Assembly (NCBI GenBank): GCA_023259055.1
Contig: JAHFQZ010000001.1
Span: forward strand, 575,931-607,930
Length of the DNA stretch: 32,000 nt
Direction of reading: 5' to 3'
Source: Nitrosomonadales bacterium
GTDB lineage: Bacteria > Pseudomonadota > Gammaproteobacteria > Burkholderiales > Gallionellaceae
Shown piece after piece: positions 8,003 to 14,990 of this stretch (position 1 is the first letter of the stretch; the number at the start of each line of letters is the position of its first letter). The notes beneath the pieces were generated by a model that did not search any database, was not told the origin of the DNA, and saw only the letters and a program-made list of their open reading frames with translations. Made by a program: the position numbers and the translations under genes.

Positions 8003-9409
8003 ATGAAAATTACAAAACTTCATGCTGAGAACGTACACGGCTATCTTCCAATTGACGTCACCTTTTTTGACGATCTTACTTTCCTTACTGGCTTAAATGG
8101 CTCGGGTAAAACATCTGCGCTTCGTTTATTAATGGCACTACTCACGCCAAATATAAATGAGCTTGGTGCGATTTCTTTTTCTTTGGCAGAAGTCACAGTT
8201 ATGGACAATGATCGTGAGATTGTTGTTACTGCAAAAAAAAATAACGACGGCATCGAACTTCGAATCAGCACAAATAGCGAGGCACTTACAATTGCTAACT
8301 CAGACCTTGAGCTACTTATGGAATCGAATCGCGGCGAAGAACCTCGATCACAAAAACGGGAAAAATATCAGTCAAGCTCGGTTTTTAACGAAATCTCAAA
8401 AATGTCCACACCAATGTTTTTGGGTCTAGATCGACGTTTCTATGTTCCAGGTTCATTCACTGACGAACATGATGATATACGGCGGCACGAATATATGGCC
8501 AGAAGGTATTGGGCAGATGATTCCTCATCACGCAGTGCAACTCCTATTACAAGCCTAGTTGAGGTGAATTATTTAGTTGTTACTTGTATGCAAAAAATTA
8601 GAGCTTCACAAGAGCAACTCGACGAGCGTCTGCGGGGGCAATTCTTAACAAAAGCTTTTGAATACAAGCCAAGCGATGTTTTTGCTGGGACAGTCAAAAT
8701 CCCATCCCGTACCGAACTGAATCGTTATCGACAACAACTTTCAAAGATTGAGCAAGCTGCGGAAGGTGTAAAAATACCCGTACCTGAAATACAAGCCTCT
8801 CTTGCTCACTTTTTTGAAAGAATGAGCCTCGTAGTAGATTCGTTGGAAAAAAGTGCGAATGCACCTAAACCAAAAAAATCCTCAAAACGTCCAACTGATA
8901 AAACAACGGAAGCTGCGCTTTTTGATAAAGACTATGTTGAATGGATTATTAACAGGCCACAAGCAGATCGAATCCTTGAACACCTTCAGTTGTTAAATGA
9001 ATATATTGAAAACCGCAACGCCCTCAGAGACCCCATCAACAGATTTGGTAAGCTGGTAAATAATTTTTTTGCTCAAACAAAAAAGGAAGTGATTGTTGCA
9101 CCTAACGGTCAACTTTCAGTTGTAGTCGGAGCTCAAAAGCCAAGTTCAATAAATGCGCTATCCTCTGGTGAGAAACAACTACTAGTGATGCTTGCGCATC
9201 TGTCGCTCAATCCAAACTTGGCGGGTAGCGGGGTATTCATCGTTGATGAACCAGAGCTGTCACTTCATCTTGATTGGCAGGAAAAGTTCGTGGATGCAAT
9301 ACGGGAAGCGAATCCAAAAGTTCAACTTATCTTAGCTACTCATTCCCCTGCCATAATTTTAGATCGTACGGAAGCATGCCGAACTTTGAGTGAGGTATCA
9401 CATGCTTAA
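8003..9409 (+). CDS. ABC/SMC-like defence ATPase (AAA_15/AAA_21-type), AriA-like
   Basis: 468 aa. Walker A GLNGSGKTS, long helical insertion, ABC signature LSSGEKQ, Walker B VFIVDEPELSLH, H-loop ATHSP. AAGGAA SD upstream. AT-rich cassette. Confidence 0.75.
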   Translation: MKITKLHAENVHGYLPIDVTFFDDLTFLTGLNGSGKTSALRLLMALLTPNINELGAISFSLAEVTVMDNDREIVVTAKKNNDGIELRISTNSEALTIANSDLELLMESNRGEEPRSQKREKYQSSSVFNEISKMSTPMFLGLDRRFYVPGSFTDEHDDIRRHEYMARRYWADDSSSRSATPITSLVEVNYLVVTCMQKIRASQEQLDERLRGQFLTKAFEYKPSDVFAGTVKIPSRTELNRYRQQLSKIEQAAEGVKIPVPEIQASLAHFFERMSLVVDSLEKSANAPKPKKSSKRPTDKTTEAALFDKDYVEWIINRPQADRILEHLQLLNEYIENRNALRDPINRFGKLVNNFFAQTKKEVIVAPNGQLSVVVGAQKPSSINALSSGEKQLLVMLAHLSLNPNLAGSGVFIVDEPELSLHLDWQEKFVDAIREANPKVQLILATHSPAIILDRTEACRTLSEVSHA

Positions 9410-10265
9410 ATGGCCTGATCGCGCAATATCTGCAATAAGGAAGCTCTTTGAACCCTTGCAAGACATAGATGTATATGTGGAAGATGCCCACGATGAAGCG
9501 TTTTATCGATGCCTACTAAACTCAGCAACAAGAAATAATGATGTGAAGGTGGCTCGAGTTTTTGCTTTGGGAGGTAGGCAACCTGTTATTGATGCCGCAA
9601 AGATTCATGACCAAAAAACTAGACGAGCACTGTTCATTATTGATGGAGATATATCGTGGGTAAAAGGTGAAGCAATTCCATCAATGGTCGGCTTGCATTG
9701 CCATGATGCATATTGCGTTGAAAATCTACTTTTATGTGAAAAGGCACTGACGCTCCTCCTATCACAAGATACCGCAATTACTGAAGACAAAGCCGCCGAT
9801 CGTTTAGCCTATGTCAAATGGATTCAATCTATCGAACTTCATTTGATTGAACTATTTTCAGCTTTTGCCACCGTCCATTATTTTGATCAGACCGTAAAAA
9901 CGGTTGCTCAAGGGGTGGGGGTTATGTGTATCAAACACCGCTCAACGGGCACGACTGAACTTGATCCAAGTAAAGTACGCGCCGCCAAAGATAAAGCTCT
10001 AAAATCGGCTGAGAAAGTAGCAGCCCCAGACGCAATATCAGAAGTTTATGACCGTATGCTCAATCGCATAAAAGGTCTGCATAATCCACTACATGCCGTA
10101 TCCGGCAAAGACTTTCTTATTCCGCTCCTCGATTTTCACTTGCAATCTTTTGGCTGCCGCATCAAACGAAAGGCACTGCGAATTCGATTGGCCAGTGCTG
10201 GCGATCCTATGCGTTTCGAAGCCCTTGCTGATGCTTTGAATCGGGCAGCAAGAGGCTATACCTAG
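9402..10265 (+). CDS. DUF4435/Toprim-like nuclease, AriB-like
   Basis: 287 aa from ATG 9402 (GAGG at 9392-9395; 8-nt overlap with the ATPase stop; the ORF-track GTG 9390 is less likely). VYVEDAHDEAFY (conserved Glu) and FIIDGD (DxD) in Toprim order. Confidence 0.7.
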   Translation: MLKWPDRAISAIRKLFEPLQDIDVYVEDAHDEAFYRCLLNSATRNNDVKVARVFALGGRQPVIDAAKIHDQKTRRALFIIDGDISWVKGEAIPSMVGLHCHDAYCVENLLLCEKALTLLLSQDTAITEDKAADRLAYVKWIQSIELHLIELFSAFATVHYFDQTVKTVAQGVGVMCIKHRSTGTTELDPSKVRAAKDKALKSAEKVAAPDAISEVYDRMLNRIKGLHNPLHAVSGKDFLIPLLDFHLQSFGCRIKRKALRIRLASAGDPMRFEALADALNRAARGYT

Positions 10266-10425
10266 CCGCATATGGATATGGGGCTAACGGGACAGCATCG
10301 ATATACTTTCATGAGCCAAACATATTGAAGTCGAGATGCTTTCAAAGTTGACTGGAATGTTTGAATGAAAATCGACTCCGTACCTTTTTTCTCTTCCTTC
10401 CCCACATAACCACTAACCCCACCCC

Positions 10426-12243
10426 ATGGCCACCCTGATCCCCACCCTCGGCACCGCTCGCTTCGATGCGCGCGGTGAATTACGTCTAGCCGAACGGCTG
10501 AAGGATTGCCTCGAAGACAACGCCTGGGTGTGGCACAACATTCCGGTCGGGCCATTCGGCAGGCATCCCGATTTCGTGGCGCTGCATCCGCAGCAGGGCA
10601 TTGTGGTGTTGGAGGTGAAGGATTGGCGGCTGGATACGATAGGAGATGTAAATAGCAAGCAGGTCGAGTTGATAACTGATCGCGGTAATGTGTGGACTGA
10701 CAACCCCTTCGAGCAGGTGCGCAACTACATGTTCAACGTGGTGGATACGTTGAAGCGCGATCCGCTGCTGGTCAACGATGGTGGTAGCTTCAAGGGTAAG
10801 CCGGTATTTTCTTTTGGGTACGGCGTGGCATTCGCCAACATCACGCGCAAGCAGTTCGAGCAGACCAATTTGCGAGATGTATTCCCGCCGGAGCGCTGCA
10901 TCTTCCGCGACGAGATGGCAGAGAAGGTGGATGCTGATGCGTTTCGCGAGCACGTCTGGCGCATGGCATCGCCGCGCATCGGGCCTGCATTGTCGCTGCC
11001 GCAGATCGACCGGGTGCGCGCGCGGCTGTTCCCGGAGATTCGCGTCACCCAGATTGCGCTGCCGTTTGACGAGCCGCCTTCCGATGCCTCGCCCGCCGAT
11101 GACCGCATGCTGGAGGTGATGGACATGCAGCAGGAGCTGCTGGCGCGCAGCATGGGCGAGGGACACCGTATCGTGCGCGGCGTGGCTGGCTCCGGCAAGA
11201 CGCTGATCTTGGCGTTCCGCGCCGAGCAGATCGCACGCGCGGCGAGTCGCCCGGTGCTGCTGTTGAGTTACGCGAACGGCATCTCGGGTCGGTTGGAGAA
11301 TGCGATGCAGGACAGAGGGGTGGAGGATAAGGTGATCACCTCGACCTTCCATGCCTGGTGCTTCAAGATGCTGCGCGAGTACGACCTACCGCAACCGAGC
11401 GAGAAGGATTTTCCCGACTTTTCGGAGCGGCTCGCCGCCAGCGTGCAGGCCGTGCTCGATGCCGCCGAGCGCGGATTGATCCCGGGCGGGCAGTACGACG
11501 CAGTGCTGATCGACGAGGCGCACGACTTCGAACCGCAATGGCTGGCGCTGGCGGCGAAGATGGTCAACCCGGACACCAAGGCGCTGATGATCGTTTACGA
11601 CGATGCGCAGGCGATTTACAAAGGGCGCAAGCGCCCGGTGTGGAAGCAGCTCGGCATCGAGGCCGCCGGACGCACGACGGTGCTCAAGGTGAATTACCGC
11701 AATACCGCGCAGATATTGCGCTTCGCGCGCAAATTCGCCGCCGATGTGATCGGCGCACCTGGCGTATGCGCCGGTGACGAGAGCGCGATCCTGATGCCGG
11801 AAGACGGCGGGCGCGAAGGCGTGGAGCCAGTGGTGCGCCAGTGCGTGAGCTATGACGGCGAAGCACATGCGATTGCGGAATGGTTGCACGGACGCAAGGC
11901 CGCCGGTTACCAGTGGGGGCAGATGGCGGTGCTGTATCCCCGGCATTTCATCGGCGAGCGCTTCGAGAAAATACTGGCGAAATCCGGCATACCGATTAAC
12001 GTGGCAAAAGATCATGGCAACCGCATACAAACGGAGCGGGACGAGGTGCGCTTCCTCTCCATGCACAACGCCAAAGGACTGGAGTTCCCCTGCGTAGCAA
12101 TAGGCGGATTGGGTGAGCTAAAGAAGGCTGAGGATATAGAAGATGACATACGCCTGACCTACGTCGCCATCACGCGCGCCACGCACGAGGCATTCATCAC
12201 TTACTCGAACATGTCCGAACTTGTGGGGCGGTTGGTGGTGTAG
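10426..12243 (+). CDS. NERD/PD-(D/E)xK nuclease domain fused to SF1 UvrD/Rep-like helicase
   Basis: 605 aa. N-terminal HPDFVALHP...GIVVLEVKDW. Helicase motifs GVAGSGKT, VLIDEAHDF, IVYDDAQAIY, VNYRNT, SMHNAKGLEF, YVAITRATHE. GC-rich. No SD; preceded by a C/T-rich tract. Confidence 0.8.
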   Translation: MATLIPTLGTARFDARGELRLAERLKDCLEDNAWVWHNIPVGPFGRHPDFVALHPQQGIVVLEVKDWRLDTIGDVNSKQVELITDRGNVWTDNPFEQVRNYMFNVVDTLKRDPLLVNDGGSFKGKPVFSFGYGVAFANITRKQFEQTNLRDVFPPERCIFRDEMAEKVDADAFREHVWRMASPRIGPALSLPQIDRVRARLFPEIRVTQIALPFDEPPSDASPADDRMLEVMDMQQELLARSMGEGHRIVRGVAGSGKTLILAFRAEQIARAASRPVLLLSYANGISGRLENAMQDRGVEDKVITSTFHAWCFKMLREYDLPQPSEKDFPDFSERLAASVQAVLDAAERGLIPGGQYDAVLIDEAHDFEPQWLALAAKMVNPDTKALMIVYDDAQAIYKGRKRPVWKQLGIEAAGRTTVLKVNYRNTAQILRFARKFAADVIGAPGVCAGDESAILMPEDGGREGVEPVVRQCVSYDGEAHAIAEWLHGRKAAGYQWGQMAVLYPRHFIGERFEKILAKSGIPINVAKDHGNRIQTERDEVRFLSMHNAKGLEFPCVAIGGLGELKKAEDIEDDIRLTYVAITRATHEAFITYSNMSELVGRLVV

Positions 12244-12416
12244 GTCACGTTTGTGGTCGCGAACTATCAGGGTCGGCATCGAAATACTTCCAATGAAAAA
12301 CTTGGCGATGCCGGGCTTTCTCTTTGCAGCATCTGGCTTGTCCTTTGCGCGCCGTGCCGGGTCAAACCTTGGGTTAAAATTCGTACTGCACCCGCGCAAT
12401 CATTTTCAAACCTACT

Positions 12417-13442
12417 TTGATTCCTGCTTCTCACTCCCCGCTGCGCATCTCCCATCTCCGCCAACGCCTGCGTGACCTCGGCGCCAAGCCGTGCCACGAA
12501 GATCGTCTGCTGCGCGGCTGGAGCCAGGTCTGCTCGTATGACAGAAAGCACAGTCCCGCAGCGACTTTCTTTCCGCTTGCGCTGCGCAACGAGTTGCCCG
12601 CCATCGAGGCGGAGTTGCATGGGCTGGCGCGCCTGCGCAGTGAATATCTCGTCGAAGATGAGGTTGCGCGATTGCTGGTCGAGCTGCATGACGGCCAGAC
12701 GGTGGAGAGCGTGCTGCTGCCGCGTGGCGGCCTGTGCGTATCGACGCAGGTGGGTTGCGCCGTGGCCTGTGTGTTCTGCATGAGCGGACGCAACGGCCTG
12801 CTGCGCCAGCTCGGCAGCGCCGAGATCGTTGCGCAAGTGGTGCTCGCCCGCCGTCGCCGCGCGGTGAGCAAGGTGGTATTCATGGGCATGGGCGAACCGG
12901 CACACAATCTCGACAACGTGCTCGAAGCGATTGAGCTGCTTGGCACACAGGGCAACATCGGCCACAAGAAGCTGGTCTTCTCCACGGTGGGGGATGTGCG
13001 CGTGTTCGAGCGTCTGCTGCTGGAAAAAGTCAAACCGGCGCTCGCCGTTTCACTACACACCACCGATGCGACATTGCGTGCCAGATTGCTGCCTCATGCA
13101 CCGCAGATCGCTATCGAAGAGTTGGTGGAACGCGCCGAAGCGTATGCGCGCGCCACCTCTTATCCGACTCAATATCAATGGACGTTGATCGAGGGCGTTA
13201 ACGACAGCGACGCCGAGCTGGAGCGCATTGCGCAGCTGCTCGCCGGGAAATATGCCGTGATGAATTTCATCCCGTTCAACACAGTGGACGGGCTTGACTA
13301 TCGCCGCCCCTCAGCCGAACGAACCGCGTATATGATGGGGACGCTTAATCAGCAAGGCATCCTCGCCAGATTGCGCGATTCGGCAGGACAGGAGATCGAA
13401 GGGGCGTGCGGGCAGTTAAGGGCGCGGGCGGTGGAAGTATGA
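12417..13442 (+). CDS. RlmN/Cfr-family radical SAM rRNA/tRNA adenine methyltransferase
   Basis: 341 aa. LCVSTQVGCAVACVFC (Cx3Cx2C plus the upstream catalytic Cys), FMGMGEP, C-terminal GACGQL. Only a TTG (12417) is available as start; there is no in-frame ATG/GTG or SD upstream (frame opens at 12378). Confidence 0.8.
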   Translation: MIPASHSPLRISHLRQRLRDLGAKPCHEDRLLRGWSQVCSYDRKHSPAATFFPLALRNELPAIEAELHGLARLRSEYLVEDEVARLLVELHDGQTVESVLLPRGGLCVSTQVGCAVACVFCMSGRNGLLRQLGSAEIVAQVVLARRRRAVSKVVFMGMGEPAHNLDNVLEAIELLGTQGNIGHKKLVFSTVGDVRVFERLLLEKVKPALAVSLHTTDATLRARLLPHAPQIAIEELVERAEAYARATSYPTQYQWTLIEGVNDSDAELERIAQLLAGKYAVMNFIPFNTVDGLDYRRPSAERTAYMMGTLNQQGILARLRDSAGQEIEGACGQLRARAVEV

Positions 13443-13474
13443 GCCACTCAAAGAAAACTATAAAACCCAGTGGT

Positions 13475-13591
13475 CCACGAAAGGCACGAAAAGCACGAAC
13501 AGATGCGAAGATTAGCAGCATCACACGATGGGGGAGTTATAAAATCCAAGTAACAAATTGGTTTATTTCGTGACTTTCGTGCTTTTCGTGG
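13475..13591. repeat. 117-bp element bounded by 25-bp imperfect inverted repeats built from tandem 9-mers
   Basis: Left arm CCACGAAAGGCACGAAAAGCACGAA (13475-13499). Right arm TTCGTGACTTTCGTGCTTTTCGTGG (13567-13591); its reverse complement matches the left arm at 22/25. Each arm is three GCACGAAAR-like 9-mers. 67-bp AT-rich centre. Confidence 0.75.
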
Positions 13592-13613
13592 ATAGAAAGA
13601 TTTTACCCTCCAT

Positions 13614-14255
13614 ATGAAAAAAATCGCCCCAACCAAAGATGAGATCGCGCTGCTTCCGCCATTCGTCGGCCTCACGCTGGAGCGCATCCATGTGCCGACC
13701 AGCACCGCTGAATTTGCGTCCGCCGCCGCCGAGATCAAGGCGGCGGGGATTGTGGGTTTTGATACCGAATCCAAGCCGACGTTTGTGGTGGGCGATGTCA
13801 GCGAGGGGCCGCATGTGGTGCAGTTTGCGCTGCACGACAAGGCCTACCTGTTTCAATTGCATCGGGCGGAAGGCATGCCGTTCCTGCTGGAGCTGCTGCA
13901 ATCGGATGAGCTCATCAAGGTGGGCTTCGGCCTCAAATCGGATCGCGGCAATATCCTCGCGAAACTGGGCGTGCATTTCAACGCAGTGGTCGATCTCAAT
14001 ACGGTGTTCCGCATGGACGGCTACCACAAAGAGATGGGCGTGCGCACGGCGGTGGGCTTGATGTTCAAGCAGCGCTTTGCCAAGGCGAGGCATGTGACCA
14101 CCTCCAACTGGTCGCAGCCGCAACTCACCCCGCAGCAAATGCTCTACGCGGCAAACGATGCCTATGCGGCACTGAAAGTTCTGGAGGCCTTGGACTTGCC
14201 CCGCGAGGATTTGCCGATCATGGGGTTGGCTCCGCGTTCTGAACTCATGAACTAA
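13614..14255 (+). CDS. DEDDy-type 3'-5' exonuclease (RNase D/WRN-exo-like)
   Basis: 213 aa. Exo I VGFDTES, Exo II LIKVGFGLKSD, Exo III YAANDAYAALKV. Confidence 0.8.
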   Translation: MKKIAPTKDEIALLPPFVGLTLERIHVPTSTAEFASAAAEIKAAGIVGFDTESKPTFVVGDVSEGPHVVQFALHDKAYLFQLHRAEGMPFLLELLQSDELIKVGFGLKSDRGNILAKLGVHFNAVVDLNTVFRMDGYHKEMGVRTAVGLMFKQRFAKARHVTTSNWSQPQLTPQQMLYAANDAYAALKVLEALDLPREDLPIMGLAPRSELMN

Positions 14256-14355
14256 TTCCATTTCAAAATTCGGGCTCTGCCCGACAGCTATATCCGGCGG
14301 GTGGAACCCGCACTGCAAAAAAGCAGCAATCCAAACCGTTCGTAGTTAAGTAGTA

Positions 14356-14431
14356 ACTTGGCTCGGGGTTCCGTGCTTAGTCGATACTTGGTTGTTCCAT
14401 CAAGCCAGTCGAACCACAGTTATCTACTTGG
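14356..14431 (+). repeat. Degenerate direct repeats in a 400-bp non-coding gap
   Basis: ACTTGG at 14356, 14386 and 14426. Units 1 and 2 also share GTTCC...AGTCGA. Weak, degenerate. Confidence 0.3.
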
Positions 14432-14657
14432 CCAACTTTTTGCGCGCGGAACTTCGATGATTTCCGGAATCTCACACGGGCCATCGTTCGACTTTTTGAT
14501 TCATGAATGAGTCGGTGTGTGTTTCGCACTATGTTTGCTAGCGCACAGTTAAATCACGTTTGAAAAGTTATGGTGATGTGCCATGACGCTCGCTCCAATT
14601 ATGTGTCATGCACGTTGGTTCTCATTCATCAGTATTTTCACGAAAGGAACATACACC

Positions 14658-14912
14658 ATGTCAAATACCAAAGATGCTAAACACAAAAAACCAGCAGCCG
14701 CTCATAAGGGCGATAAACAGTTATTTGTGGAACGGCGGCCTGATGGTGAATATGCAATCAGGAAAGCTAATTCAGACAGAGCTAGCGATGTTCGGCCCAC
14801 ACAGGCAGAAGCAATAAAACGAGCACGAGAATTGAGCCCTGGCGCATCACCCTTGGTCGAGCGCGTTCGCAGTACCGCAGGAGGGAAACCAGATAAGTGG
14901 CGCAAAGCTTAG
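14658..14912 (+). CDS. DUF2188-like small protein
   Basis: 84 aa from ATG 14658 (AAAGGAA SD at 14643-14649). LFVERRPDGEYAIRKANSDRASDVRPTQAEAIKRAREL fits the DUF2188 pattern (recollection of family consensus). Confidence 0.55.
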   Translation: MSNTKDAKHKKPAAAHKGDKQLFVERRPDGEYAIRKANSDRASDVRPTQAEAIKRARELSPGASPLVERVRSTAGGKPDKWRKA

Positions 14913-14990
14913 CGTCATTCGTTTACTTGATTCCCTCGCCTATTCACGCCGGGGTAATCAGAGCTAAAAAAATCAGCTTAAGTTGCCCTG

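Noticed and set aside
10486-12066. Long antisense ORFs (10486-11352 minus, 288 aa; 11386-12066 minus, 226 aa; similar ones at 12267-12965, 13563-14318 and 5065-5679)
   Set aside because: They lie opposite well-supported genes in GC-rich DNA. Their products are Arg/His/Ala-rich low-complexity sequences without recognisable motifs, which is typical of shadow ORFs.
12242-12262. AGGTCACGTTTGTGGTCGCGA just after the helicase stop resembles the ORF6N palindrome half-sites (AGGTCAC...TGTGACCT), hinting at a fourth ORF6N relic on the far side of the island
   Set aside because: The arms are not complementary (GGTCACA versus GACCACA). Downstream translation shows only vague resemblance to ORF6N (LP..AM). 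This is not supportable by eye.
14336-14344. CCGTTCGTA, an 8/9 match to the AlgR binding core CCGTTCGTC
   Set aside because: A single near-match 9-mer is expected by chance in 32 kb and is far from any obvious target promoter.
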